DNA of 64,000 nucleotides from Verrucomicrobiota bacterium (GTDB lineage Bacteria > Verrucomicrobiota > Verrucomicrobiia > Limisphaerales > J093). The first letter of the stretch is position 1; each line of letters opens with the position of its first letter. The stretch lies in NCBI GenBank assembly GCA_022710935.1, contig JAKLFY010000005.1:14087-78086 (forward strand), written 5' to 3'. The notes beneath the pieces are model-generated. The model searched no databases, was not told the origin of the DNA, and saw nothing but the letters and a program-made list of their open reading frames with translations. The translations under genes and the position numbers were made by a program. Below are positions 17,281-28,070 of the stretch, in pieces.

Positions 17281-20200
17281 ATGAAGACGCGAGATGCGAT
17301 CAAGAGGTCAGCGAAGCCGGACAACAGTCTCCTGAACCGTTTGCGCCCAGAAGCGGTTCGCTTCCACCTACAACTTGCGCTGACTGCGCTGGTGCTCGGA
17401 TTCTTGTGCCTTTGGGCCTCGAAAGCCGAAGCCCAGAATCCGGTGCCTTTCATCAGCGAGCCGCTCGTGCCGGCGAGCGTGTCGCCAGGCGGACCAGCGT
17501 TCACTCTGACCGTCAACGGGGCCAACTTCGTGCCCGTTTCTATCGTGACCTGGAATGGCACCCCTCGTCCGACGACCTACATCAATCAGTCACAGTTGAC
17601 CGCGGATATCTCTGATGCGGACATCGCTCGGGCCGCCACGGCGTGGATCACAGTGGTGAACCCCACGCCTGGCGGTGGCACATCGGATCTCGCCTTCCTT
17701 CCCATTGCTTCACACAGTGGCGCCATTCTCTTCGACAAGCTCGATTTCCCCAGTCCACCTGACAACATTGACTTTGCGACCGGGGATTTCAACGGGGATG
17801 GCAAGCTGGACCTGGCATCGGCCAACTGGCACACAAGCTCGGTATCCATCTTCCTGGGCAACGGCGACGGAACGTTTCAACCCTACCAGGAATACTGGGT
17901 TTGCGGCGCTCACGGTGTGAAGACGGGCGATTTCAACGGAGACTGCGTCGCTGACTTGGCAGCCACAGCGCGCGGCTGCAATGAGGTCGTCATTCTGATC
18001 GGCAACGGTGATGGGACATTTCATCATAACCAGAACTACGATGCTCCGAGTTCTCCTTACTTTCTATGTGTGGCGGATTTCGACTCCGACGGGGCGCTTG
18101 ACCTTGTTGTGTGCAACGAGGGCGCCTGCAGCATGTCCGTACGGCTTGGCCGAGGTGATGGAACCTTCGAAGGGCGGCAGGACTACCCGATCGGTAATGA
18201 CGCTGGCCAGGTGTGCGATGTAGCTACCGCCGATTTCAATTACGACGGGCACCTCGACGTGGCGGTCAGCACGATCGAGGGGTTTGTCGCGGTCATGCTC
18301 GGCAACGGCAACGGGACGTTTGGTTCGCCTCACCGGTACGCGACCGAGCCAGGCCACGGCAACACTCTGATTGCAGTCGACTTGAACAAGGACGGGCTGG
18401 CCGATCTGGCCGTTCCGAATGATTCGGGATCAGTCTTGGTGCTTCTGGGTCGCGGTGACGGCACCTTTTTGCCGTACGTCAGTTATCAGACGGGTGGGGG
18501 TTCTATGTCGATCGCTGCCGGCGATCTAAACGGTGATGATCTGCTCGACCTGGTTACGGCCAACCACCCTTCTGCCACCCTATCAGTGCTGTTAGGCGAT
18601 GATGCCTTCGCATTTGGTCCTTACACCCACTATACGGCGCATGGTGGACCGCGAGCCGTCTGCTTGGGAGACTTCAACGGGGACGGTCGTCTCGATGTGG
18701 CTGTCGGCGACCAAGGTCGCTCTTGGATCTCGATCTTGGTCAATCGAGACGTGACTATTCCTTCGCTCATAAGTCCGCCGAAGGATCAGACGGTGTTTGC
18801 TGGAGAGTCCGTGGTGTTTTGGGTCACTGTAGCAGGCCTTGACCCCCTGGCATACCAGTGGCAATTCGACGGCGCTGATCTTCAGGACGGCGACCGGATT
18901 TCCGGCAGTAGCACCAGTACCCTGCGAATCAGCCCCGTGGTTCCTGCGGATGCCGGCACCTACACGGTCATCGTTAGCAACGTTCACGGATCGGTGACGA
19001 GTAATCCAGCGGAACTTGCTGTTCTCCTTCGGCCACCCGAGATTACAGCCCAGCCGGAGGATCAGACTGTCATCAGCGGTGCCTTGGCGACGTTCGCGGT
19101 GGATGCGACCGGCAGCTTGCCAATGACCTTCCAATGGCGACGCAACGGAGATGACCTCAATGACGGCGGCAGGATCTTCGGCGCTCAAACCGCGACCCTG
19201 AACATCGCCGATGCCGGCATCGAGGATCTGGGCGTCTACACGGCAATGATCAGCAATGCCTACGGCTCAGTGACCAGCGCCGCCGCAAGCCTGACGGTGA
19301 TTCTCCAACCACCGCAGATCAGTGCCGACCCGACAGACCAAAGTGTCTACAGCGGATCAGACGTGAGTTTCGGCGTCACGGCCGTCGGCAGTCTGCCGTT
19401 GAGCTACCAGTGGCGGTGTAACGGCGTCTCACTCGTGGACGATGGGCGGATCACCGGCAGCCAGACGGCCACATTGAGCATTGCAGCCGCCGAAGTGCAG
19501 GACCTCGGCCTTTACGTGGTGGAGGTCCGGAACGCGTACGGGTGGACCGTGAGCTTTCCAGCACAACTAACGGTCGTGCTGGCACCGCCCAACATCACCG
19601 TCGGACCGCAGGGCCAGACGGTCGCCTTGGGCTCGACGGTGTCCCTGCACGTCGAGGCCACGGGAAGCCTCCCGCTGAGCTACCAATGGCAGCGGGAAGG
19701 TGTCGATGTGGTGGACGGAGGGCGCTTCTCCGGGGCGAGGACGAGCACGCTGACCATTGCCGACGTTGGCCTGCTGGAGTTGGGCGACTACAGCGTTCTG
19801 GTCGAGAACGCACTTGGGCGCGTTCAGAGCAAGTCGGTGGCGGTGGCGACCTTTAGCGTGGTGCTGCAGATCAGGCGAGAAGGAGATCAAGTGGTGGTAT
19901 CCTGGAATGAGGCCGGTAAAGGGATGATGTTGCAGACGGCGAGCAGCCTGACCAATCCGGACTGGCAGGAGGTTGCGGCGTCGGATGGGACCACCACTGT
20001 GAATCTGCCCGTGGGCGCGGAAATGGTGTTCTTTCGATTAGCCATCGCGCAGGCTCCGTTGACAACCGTCACCGTACGAGGCCAATCCAATCCCTGGCTC
20101 GCGGGTATGCCGTTTGGTTCCCATGACCCTTGCGGCGTAGCGGATGTGGTTCCAGACCAATCGCCTATGGAGGTTTCCGGAATCTGGATAATGCCAGCTC

Positions 20201-20625
20201 AGAGGCTGTCATTCCGAGCTGAAGGCGGTGTTTCGAATGATCCGCTGAACGCACTTTGTCCGCCGGATGGTGATGCCTCGAGCATCGGGCAGTGGCATAG
20301 AGAAGGGAACGGCATCGCGGGAATCGTCGCCCCATTGAGTTCGCTCATCGGAGTGTTTTTGGGTCCCGATGAGCCAGATTTCACGCCCGCTCCTGTTGGT
20401 CTGGACTTCGGGGCGGCCGTGAGTCGGAGTCAACTTTCGCTCGCCCCTGGCCTGAAGCAGCCATTTTTCATCGGTGATGGGAGAACTGAAACTGGGCAAG
20501 TGCAGGTGATCTTCGTGCCCGAAGGTGCCAGCCGGCTCTTTCTCGGTGTGTGTGATGGTTGCGGCTGGTGCAATAACCCCGGTGAGTTCACGGTATATGT
20601 GGAGATGATGATCACTCCTCTGTAG
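17281..20625 (+). CDS. secreted FG-GAP/VCBS repeat protein with Ig-like (I-set) repeats and a C-terminal beta-sandwich domain
   Basis: Signal peptide. Repeated FNGDGxxDLA/DFNxDGxLD FG-GAP motifs. Four Ig-type repeats each containing YQW(Q/R). An internal WQEV...MVFFRLAI module. C-terminal domain with FFIGDG...LFLGVCDG..NNPGEFTVYV. Confidence 0.85.
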   Translation: MKTRDAIKRSAKPDNSLLNRLRPEAVRFHLQLALTALVLGFLCLWASKAEAQNPVPFISEPLVPASVSPGGPAFTLTVNGANFVPVSIVTWNGTPRPTTYINQSQLTADISDADIARAATAWITVVNPTPGGGTSDLAFLPIASHSGAILFDKLDFPSPPDNIDFATGDFNGDGKLDLASANWHTSSVSIFLGNGDGTFQPYQEYWVCGAHGVKTGDFNGDCVADLAATARGCNEVVILIGNGDGTFHHNQNYDAPSSPYFLCVADFDSDGALDLVVCNEGACSMSVRLGRGDGTFEGRQDYPIGNDAGQVCDVATADFNYDGHLDVAVSTIEGFVAVMLGNGNGTFGSPHRYATEPGHGNTLIAVDLNKDGLADLAVPNDSGSVLVLLGRGDGTFLPYVSYQTGGGSMSIAAGDLNGDDLLDLVTANHPSATLSVLLGDDAFAFGPYTHYTAHGGPRAVCLGDFNGDGRLDVAVGDQGRSWISILVNRDVTIPSLISPPKDQTVFAGESVVFWVTVAGLDPLAYQWQFDGADLQDGDRISGSSTSTLRISPVVPADAGTYTVIVSNVHGSVTSNPAELAVLLRPPEITAQPEDQTVISGALATFAVDATGSLPMTFQWRRNGDDLNDGGRIFGAQTATLNIADAGIEDLGVYTAMISNAYGSVTSAAASLTVILQPPQISADPTDQSVYSGSDVSFGVTAVGSLPLSYQWRCNGVSLVDDGRITGSQTATLSIAAAEVQDLGLYVVEVRNAYGWTVSFPAQLTVVLAPPNITVGPQGQTVALGSTVSLHVEATGSLPLSYQWQREGVDVVDGGRFSGARTSTLTIADVGLLELGDYSVLVENALGRVQSKSVAVATFSVVLQIRREGDQVVVSWNEAGKGMMLQTASSLTNPDWQEVAASDGTTTVNLPVGAEMVFFRLAIAQAPLTTVTVRGQSNPWLAGMPFGSHDPCGVADVVPDQSPMEVSGIWIMPAQRLSFRAEGGVSNDPLNALCPPDGDASSIGQWHREGNGIAGIVAPLSSLIGVFLGPDEPDFTPAPVGLDFGAAVSRSQLSLAPGLKQPFFIGDGRTETGQVQVIFVPEGASRLFLGVCDGCGWCNNPGEFTVYVEMMITPL

Positions 20626-21005
20626 GCGGGCGAGCGAGTGGCGGGTGGACCTGCCCAGCTTCGCAACGGCGAGCGCGGCTCAATGGCCCGGGCTCGTCAG
20701 CCGGGATGGCGGCTTGCTGCGGTGGCAGCGGGTGGAGAACGATCCTGCCTGAGGACTCGAAATCCACAGCGTGTTGCGGCGGGAACGGCTAGCCCGAAGT
20801 ATCTGGACGTTGACGAACACAAGCCATTGGTTCCGTGCGTCTTAAACGCAGAGTTCGATCAGGTTTTCTGGATGCATCCCTGAGCTACCAGACCCATCGC
20901 GTGTTGCTGGAGCTCAGTAAGGAGAGCATCGATGGTGGTCTCGGCAGACTCCGATCGGCTCACGCTGGGATGAATACGGTTGAGGGTGATCGTCGGCCAG
21001 TCGCG

Positions 21006-21394
21006 TTACAGGCTGGCAATGCTGTGGACTGGATAGCCCTCGGGAGCTTCTTTGCACCGCGCCTTGCGCGCTGCGCTCTCGGCGCGTTGCGCCGGTGCGA
21101 CGATCGACTCCCGCAGCACGTTCGCTTCCTCCGGATCGTCTTCGCCGGTGGGCTGCGCAACGAAGGTAACAGCCGTCTGGGCGGCCCAGGCCTCCCGCGG
21201 CATGGGCGTGACGCGGCTGAAAAACGCCTTCCCTGCGCCTCCGGCACCTCCCACACGTAATCGCCGGCGTGGCGCTTGATGTGGCCGGTGGTGACGCTCC
21301 AAATCAAGTAGCCAGTCGGGATCGTGCCGCTCGACGGATCGCCCATGACGGCCACGGACCTGATCTGGATGGAGATCTCGCCGGGGCGGTTCAA
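21006..21394 (-). pseudogene. partial diverged duplicate of the 15761-16100 region (3' end of the 127-aa gene plus the small downstream ORF)
   Basis: EISIQIRSVAVMGDPSSGTIPTGYLIWSVTTGHIKRHAGDYVWEVPEA aligns with TWMQIRPAAVTTDPSSGAIPTGYLILNVTAGHIKRHTSGYVWEVPEA. There is no stop after VPEA and no intact N-terminus. Confidence 0.6.
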
Positions 21395-21539
21395 TGGCGA
21401 GCGATTCCGAAACCGGCAGACCGCAGTTCATAAACCGTACACTCTCCGCACCTTTCACCCATCATCCCTCACTGAAATCCGGCACGACCGGTCTCGCAAA
21501 TCACCACGTCCGCGTCCCGCCGCAGGAACCGCACACCCG

Positions 21540-22396
21540 GTCACGGCAACAATCGCTTATAACCACAATCCGGAAGGGACTGCTCTGTCCGTGACCGCTA
21601 TCGCCACGGATGCGGACTTGCCGGGCGATGTCTTGACATACAGCCTGCTGACCGCGCCTGACGGGGCGACGATCGACGCAGAGAGCGGAGTCATCACCTG
21701 GCCGACCGCTGAGGCTGATGGCCCCGGTGTTTATTCCTTCAGCGTGCAGGTGTTCGACAACGGCGATCCGGCACGCAGCGGTGAACAGGGCTTCCACGTC
21801 ACCGTTTTAGAGGTGAACACGCCTCCGACGCTTGGTGCGATCCCTGCGGTGAGCGGGGATGAGTTGACCGCCTTCACCTTCACGGCAACCGGGGCTGATG
21901 CGGACCTTCCTAAACAGGGTCTGTCGTTCCGCCTCGAGGGAGCGCCCGACGGAGCCGCGATCGACCCCGCGACCGGAGCTTTCGCGTGGACACCGTCCGA
22001 AGAGCAAGGCCCCGGTGCTTATCCGATCGACGTCATTCTCACCGACGATGGCGCTCCGCCGCTGAGCGCGACCCAACAGGTCACCGTGACGGTGCGCGAA
22101 GTCAACGCACCGCCGACTCTGGCGTCGATCACGGATCAATCGGCCCGAGCGGGGCAGTTGCTGACGGTGCCGCTCGATGCAGCAGACAGCGATGTGCCGG
22201 CGAATGAGTTGACGTTCGAGTTGGTCCAGGCCCCGTCTGGCGCGGCCATCGACCCCGCCGCTCGGCTGTTCCAACCGCGCCCGTATGGCAGACGCTCGTC
22301 GCGGAGATCATCGGGGCGGGAAGCACGCGAACCGTCGCCGTTTCGATCAGCGCGGGGCAACCGCAGCGGTTCTACCGCGTCATCCAATTGCCATGA
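21540..22396 (+). pseudogene. decayed cadherin-like / putative-Ig-domain repeat protein gene
   Basis: Three repeats of the type DADLPxxxLTYSL..APxGAxIDxxxGxxxWTPxExxGPG. No signal peptide or credible start. The frame breaks near 22265-22285. A different frame then gives a typical C-terminal module ...WQTLVAEIIGAGSTRTVAVSISAGQPQRFYRVIQLP ending at 22396. Confidence 0.6.
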
Positions 22397-22546
22397 CGGG
22401 CGGCGGGGCAACCGATCGCGAACGCTGGCGACGGCTGACGCGAACCACCGGGGACTCCGAACACGCCGAAACAAGACCGAGGCGGGCGATCAGCGGGTGC
22501 GCACTCACCGGCACCTTTGTCCGTGTATTCGGCGTGTTCGGTGGTC

Positions 22547-22821
22547 CCTTCAGAGTGAATTGGGGTCACATCTCGACAATCGACAATTGACGGGGGCGCG
22601 AAGCGAGTTCATCTGGGGCCATGTCCCGGCCATTGAGGATTGAGCGGGCCTGCGGGTTGAAGCTGGGGGGGACTGGCGGCGGCGGCGGGGATGAGCGATG
22701 ACAAGGCGGTGTCGGCCGCCCTGCGGCGGTATGAGCGACGTCGCTGCAGCGGAGCACCTCCGTGCGGGAGCGGTTGAAACAGGTATCCCAAACGTCGAAT
22801 GTCGAGATGTGACCCCAATTC
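22547..22821. repeat. 275-bp unit bounded by perfect 22-bp terminal inverted repeats (MITE-like or long hairpin)
   Basis: GAATTGGGGTCACATCTCGACA at 22547-22568 and its exact reverse complement at 22800-22821. Imperfect complementarity extends about 10 nt further inward. Confidence 0.85.
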
Positions 22822-22896
22822 TTTGGGGCAGAGTCGCGCACCCCGTCGCCGCGCATGCCGGTTGGACTCCGCAGAGCTCTATGAAACAGCCGGGCT

Positions 22897-22966
22897 AACC
22901 CGCATTTCAGGTGAAATGTGATGGTGACCGGTCAGATGACATGAACAGTTGGTGAGAAATGCGGGC
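22897..22966 (-). repeat. 70-nt palindromic REP-like element, copy 1
   Basis: CCCGCATTTC...GAAATGCGGG termini with an internal CATTTCnnnnGAAATG hairpin. A copy of about 91 percent identity lies in opposite orientation at 52694-52763. Sits 6 nt past the porin stop codon. Confidence 0.85.
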
Positions 22967-22972
22967 TGAGGG

Positions 22973-24265
22973 TCAGAAACTGTAGATCACATTGAGCGCA
23001 AGCGACAGGCAGTCCTTGTCGGTTCCATCGTTGAAAACGCCGGTGCCGCTCAAATCATGGTCCCAGCGGAATTCGAGGCGCGTCAACACACTGGCCCAGA
23101 GACTGTAATCGACGGTGGCCGTAACACCGAGCAGTTCGTTCTTCTCGCCATCCATCATCAGGAGCGGATCCGGATTGCCGTCGTCGTCCGTATTCTCGAG
23201 ATCCCAGATGCCGGACGAGTGCCAGGTGCCGTTCGAGCCGCGGGCATACTCGCCGCGGGTGGCGATCTTGAGTTTCTCGGCGGCCTGCCAGACGATGTAA
23301 CCCGCCAGGGCATTGGCCCAGCGCGAGTCGACCCCCTGGCCTTCGCGGTTGGCCCGGTAGTCATAGGCAATCCCCAAAGTCACGTTCGGCAGCGGCGCGG
23401 GAATACTGCCCCCGACATAGCACTGGATGATGTCCGGCTCGCCGTCGATGGCATGATCAATCACCCCGCCTGTGAGGGTGCCGCCCTTCAGGATGCCCGC
23501 GCTCTCGGGGGCGGTGACCGCAATCGACCCCATGTAGGAGAAGAGCCCGTTGGCATCAGTCCGGGCATTGATGGTGTTCGCGTTCACCAGGATGTTGTTG
23601 GGATCCGCGATGCCGGCGGACACGGTGACGGCCTCGCAAACCTCGTACGACATCAAGACGCCCGTGTGAACCAGCGGCTCGATATAGAAACCATACGAAC
23701 GGCTGTAGTTGGGATTGCTGCCGGCTTCAAAGACCTCGTATCCGATCAGCGTGTCGAACACGCCCATCTTGAATTCGAGGCCGTTCCCCGCCGGAGCGCG
23801 GAGCGACACGTAGGCGTTCTTCACGGCAAAGTCGGAGGTGGCGTAGTTCTCCCCAGCCGCCAGGGCGCCCAGTGTATTGGCCGAGGTCGTGGCCACAGTG
23901 TTTGCGTCCGGCCCGAATAACAAGCCGACGCGATATCCGGCGGCCCACCGGCCCTCGTCGATCGGCTTCTCGATCTGCACCTTCGCCACGTTCAGATTGA
24001 ACCCATTCTGTTTCGCATCGCCGTCGAACGAACGCCCGACAGTCCCGTTGCCACTGCCGAACTTCAGAATGGCCGACGTGTCGACGTAGCCGCTCAGGGT
24101 CGTCGAGGACAGCGCGGCGGAGAGGGGCTGCTGACTCTCCGCCTCGTCGGCCCACACGCCGCCCGGCAGGGCAAGCGTCCCGACAGCCGCCAATCCCAGC
24201 GTCCAAACCTGCCGTCGTTGTCTGTTGAACTCCCTAAGGTCCGATCTTCGCACGCGATGCTTCAT
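22973..24265 (-). CDS. outer-membrane beta-barrel porin
   Basis: Signal peptide after ATG 24265, alternating beta-strand pattern, and a terminal aromatic residue (..LNVIYSF). Located downstream of glnA-amtB, as is common for N-regulated porins. Confidence 0.65.
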   Translation of the reverse strand: MKHRVRRSDLREFNRQRRQVWTLGLAAVGTLALPGGVWADEAESQQPLSAALSSTTLSGYVDTSAILKFGSGNGTVGRSFDGDAKQNGFNLNVAKVQIEKPIDEGRWAAGYRVGLLFGPDANTVATTSANTLGALAAGENYATSDFAVKNAYVSLRAPAGNGLEFKMGVFDTLIGYEVFEAGSNPNYSRSYGFYIEPLVHTGVLMSYEVCEAVTVSAGIADPNNILVNANTINARTDANGLFSYMGSIAVTAPESAGILKGGTLTGGVIDHAIDGEPDIIQCYVGGSIPAPLPNVTLGIAYDYRANREGQGVDSRWANALAGYIVWQAAEKLKIATRGEYARGSNGTWHSSGIWDLENTDDDGNPDPLLMMDGEKNELLGVTATVDYSLWASVLTRLEFRWDHDLSGTGVFNDGTDKDCLSLALNVIYSF

Positions 24266-24486
24266 TTCAGGTGTCTTCCGTTGATTCGTTGAGTTTGAGG
24301 TTCTCTCACCAACCCTCGCGAACGCGGGGCAGAGTCGCGCTTCGGTTGTTCCGGTGTATAGGGTCTGGCCCAGCACGAGCCAGGGCGGGCACAGCATGTC
24401 CCAGCCCTGGGGGGGGACGGAGCCGCCCCCTCCCAGGTTCAGGCAAAACCACGGTGTCTGGACCCAACCCCTTGCAGCGCCCAGCG

Positions 24487-25899
24487 TCAGACGTCGTAAT
24501 AGAGGAAGAACTCGTACGGATGCGGGCGCAGACGCAGGGCATCATACTCCTTGCGCTTGGCGCTGATCCATGTCTCGAGAAAATCCCGCGTGAACACGTC
24601 GCCCTTCAACAGGAACTCGTGGTCGCGTCCAAGGGCATCGAGCGCCTCGGGCAGGCTTCCGGGCACCTGCGGGACCTTGGCCAGTTCCTCCGGCGGCAGT
24701 TCGTAGAGGTTCTTGTCCATCGGCTCGCCCGGATCCACCTTATTGAGGACGCCGTCCAAACCCGCCATCAGGATGGCCGTGTAGCAGAGGTAGGGGTTGG
24801 CGCTGGGATCGGGCGGACGATACTCGATGCGTTTGGCCTTCGGGCTGTCGCTGAACGTCGGGATCCGGATGGCCGCCGAGCGGTTGCGGGCCGAGTAGGC
24901 CAGGTTGACGGGCGCTTCGTATCCCGGCACCAGGCGCTTGTAGCTGTTGGTTGTGGGACTGCACAGGGCGCTGAGCGCTTTGGCGTGCTGGAGAATGCCG
25001 CCGATGAAGTAGAGCGCCATCCGCGAGAGGCCGGCGTATTCCGGACCTGCGAACAACGGCTTGCCCTTCTTCCAGAGACTGACGTGTGTATGCATGCCCG
25101 AGCCGTTGTCGCCGAACAGAGGCTTGGGCATGAACGTCACGGTCTTGCCGTGCCGGCGCGCGACGTTCTTGATCACGTACTTGAAAACCATCATGTTGTC
25201 GGCCGTCTTCACCAGCGTGTCGAACCGGAAGTCGATTTCCGCCTGGCCCGCGGTGGCCACCTCGTGATGCTGGCGCTCGACATTGAGCCCCAGCTCCTGC
25301 ATGACAAGGGACATCTCCGTGCGGATATCCTGTTGGGTGTCGGCCGGAGCGACCGGGAAGTAACCCTCCTTGTGGCGGATCTTGTAGCCCAGGTTGGGCG
25401 CCTCGTCCCGGGCGGTATTCCAGACCGCCTCCTCGCTGTCCACGGTGTAGAATGTGCCGTTGCTCTTCGCGTCGAACTGCACATTGTCGAAGATGAAGAA
25501 CTCGGCTTCCGGACCGAAGACCGCGGTGTCGGCCAGGCCGGTCGACGCGAGGTACTTCTCGCCCTTCTGAGCGATGCCGCGGGGATCCCGGCTGTACGGC
25601 TCCTTCGTGCCGGTCTCGGCAATCGTGTTGGTCAGGGAGAGGGTGGGCACCGCGCAGAAGGGGTCGATGAATGCCGTGGCGGGGTCCGGCATGGCCAGCA
25701 TGTCGGAGGCCTCGATCGACTTCCAGCCGCGGATCGAGGATCCGTCGAAGCCGAGACCCTCGGTGAAGATCTCTTCGGTGAGTTCTCCGATCGGACAGGA
25801 GAAGTGCTGCCAGGTGCCAAACGTGTCGACGAATTTGAAGTCGATCATCTTGGCCCCGGCCTTGGTTGCCATTTCAATAACCTGTTTGGGTGTGCTCAT
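24487..25899 (-). CDS. glnA: glutamine synthetase, type I
   Basis: [25 protein letters not shown].., [13 protein letters not shown] and [12 protein letters not shown]. About 470 aa counted from ATG 25899. Confidence 0.95.
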   Translation of the reverse strand: MSTPKQVIEMATKAGAKMIDFKFVDTFGTWQHFSCPIGELTEEIFTEGLGFDGSSIRGWKSIEASDMLAMPDPATAFIDPFCAVPTLSLTNTIAETGTKEPYSRDPRGIAQKGEKYLASTGLADTAVFGPEAEFFIFDNVQFDAKSNGTFYTVDSEEAVWNTARDEAPNLGYKIRHKEGYFPVAPADTQQDIRTEMSLVMQELGLNVERQHHEVATAGQAEIDFRFDTLVKTADNMMVFKYVIKNVARRHGKTVTFMPKPLFGDNGSGMHTHVSLWKKGKPLFAGPEYAGLSRMALYFIGGILQHAKALSALCSPTTNSYKRLVPGYEAPVNLAYSARNRSAAIRIPTFSDSPKAKRIEYRPPDPSANPYLCYTAILMAGLDGVLNKVDPGEPMDKNLYELPPEELAKVPQVPGSLPEALDALGRDHEFLLKGDVFTRDFLETWISAKRKEYDALRLRPHPYEFFLYYDV

Positions 25900-25965
25900 C
25901 TCAATGTGATGCTCGTTTTGGTGTTGTTCTGACAGTTGGTGTTGTTCGGACAATAATCTGTTGCG

Positions 25966-27435
25966 CTAGGCCCCGTGGTAACCCTCTTCCCCATGCTCGG
26001 CCAAATCGAGTCCAAGCGTCTCAGTCTCCTCGCTGGGGCGCAAGCCCATGACCGCCTGCACGATCGAGGCAATGAGGGTCGTCATGACCACCGCCAGCAC
26101 AATGGTGAGCAGGATCGCCTGCACCTGATGCCACCAGAGGGTCTTGCCCACGATGTCCGCAAGGTTGATTTCCAGGTTGGCGTTGACTCGAGGGGTCGCG
26201 AGCAGGCCGGTCAGCAAGGCGCCCAAGGTCCCGCCCACCGCGTGCACCCCGAACGTATCGAGCGCATCGTCGTAGCCCAATTTGGATTTGAGGTAAGCCA
26301 CCGCCAGGAACGGGATGATGCCAGCCAGCACCCCGATGAGAACCGCGCCGCCCGTCGTCACGAATCCGGCAGCCGGAGTGATCACGACCAGGCCGGCCAC
26401 GATCCCGGAACAGAAGCCGAGCACGCTGGGTTTGCCTTTGAACGCGTATTCGATCATCGCCCAGACAAAGGAAGCCACGGCGGCGGCGATGGTCGTGGTG
26501 GCGAAGGCATTGGCCGCAACGCCATCGGCCGCGACGGCGCTGCCGGCGTTGAACCCGTACCATCCGACCCACAGCATGCCCGTGCCGACCATGCAGAGGA
26601 CCATGCTGTGCGGCGGCATGGGCTCCTTGGGGAAGCCGAGGCGCTTGCCCAGAATGATGCAGAGAATCAGCGCCGACCAGCCGGACGACATGTGCACCAC
26701 GGTCCCGCCCGCAAAATCGATGGCCTTGATCTTCGCGTCCGCGTTCCATACCCCGTTCATCAGTCCGTTCGCCCCCCACACCATGTGCGCCAGAGGAAAA
26801 TAGACAAGGAGCATCCAGAGGCCCACGAAGACAAGCACGGCCGCGAATCGCATCCGCTCGGCGATGGCGCCGATGATCAGCGCCGGCGTGATGATCGCGA
26901 ACATCATCTGGTACATCGAAAAGACATTGTGCGACACCCAGTACGAGTAGTTGGTGTTGGGCGCCGAATCCACGCCCTTCAGAAACGCGAACTTCAGGTT
27001 GCCGACAATCGGCCCCGTGCCGTCCGCAAACACCAGGCTGTAACCGCAGAGCCACCACAGAATCGTCACCAGCCCGGCAATCCCCAGACATTGCGCAAGG
27101 ACCGAGAGGACGTTCTTGCGCCGGACCAGGCCCCCATAAAACAGCGCCAGGCCCGGCAGCGTCATGAATAGCACCAACGCCGCGCAGACCATCATCCACC
27201 CGTTGTGCCCCGGACCGGGCTTCCCCGAGGTCGGAGTGGCCAAGCCGGCCGGGACCTTGCCGTCCTGGTCTTTCAGGGCCGCCGTGGGATCGCCGTTATT
27301 GACGTAGGCTTCCAGACTGGCAATTCGTTGTTCGAGCGTGGGGGCAACCGGTGCCGCGGATTCCGCCGCGAGGAGGCTTCGCACGGACGGCACCAGGCAA
27401 ACAAGAAAGGCTGCAAGCAAAAGAAGTCTCTTCAT
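25966..27435 (-). CDS. amtB: ammonium transporter
   Basis: Amt/MEP family motifs (AIAERMRF, DFAGGTVVHMSSG, FGVHAVGG) and 11 or more TM helices. ATG at 27435 (MKRLLLLAAF). Confidence 0.95.
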   Translation of the reverse strand: MKRLLLLAAFLVCLVPSVRSLLAAESAAPVAPTLEQRIASLEAYVNNGDPTAALKDQDGKVPAGLATPTSGKPGPGHNGWMMVCAALVLFMTLPGLALFYGGLVRRKNVLSVLAQCLGIAGLVTILWWLCGYSLVFADGTGPIVGNLKFAFLKGVDSAPNTNYSYWVSHNVFSMYQMMFAIITPALIIGAIAERMRFAAVLVFVGLWMLLVYFPLAHMVWGANGLMNGVWNADAKIKAIDFAGGTVVHMSSGWSALILCIILGKRLGFPKEPMPPHSMVLCMVGTGMLWVGWYGFNAGSAVAADGVAANAFATTTIAAAVASFVWAMIEYAFKGKPSVLGFCSGIVAGLVVITPAAGFVTTGGAVLIGVLAGIIPFLAVAYLKSKLGYDDALDTFGVHAVGGTLGALLTGLLATPRVNANLEINLADIVGKTLWWHQVQAILLTIVLAVVMTTLIASIVQAVMGLRPSEETETLGLDLAEHGEEGYHGA

Positions 27436-27464
27436 AGTCGGCACGTTGTGAAACAGATCGGTTC

Positions 27465-27881
<417 letters not shown>

Positions 27882-28070
27882 TCATTCTATAAAGTGTTGG
27901 TCTTAAATATTATACGAGAATTAAGAATGCTGAATCGAGTTGGCTGCTAAGGAATAATGGCGCATCAGGTGTCTCTATTTGAACAGTGAGGTCAAATCAC
28001 CGCACAGAGCAGACGCTCTGGGTTGTGTCGGAGCCGATGCCACAGCATCCGTTCCTTGCCTGCACCCGAT

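Noticed and set aside
15970-21394. Diversity-generating retroelement (template/variable repeat pair) as an explanation for the duplicated gene end at 15970-16100 and 21230-21394.
   Set aside because: The differences between the copies involve all four bases rather than adenine-specific substitutions. No reverse transcriptase or accessory gene is present in the window.
24266-24486. GC-rich imperfect hairpin (GGGGGGACGGAGCCGCCCCCTCCC region) between glnA and the porin gene, considered as an intrinsic terminator, and a second sigma-54 promoter for the porin.
   Set aside because: The stem is imperfect and has no U-tract. No GG-N10-GC element with correct spacing was found.
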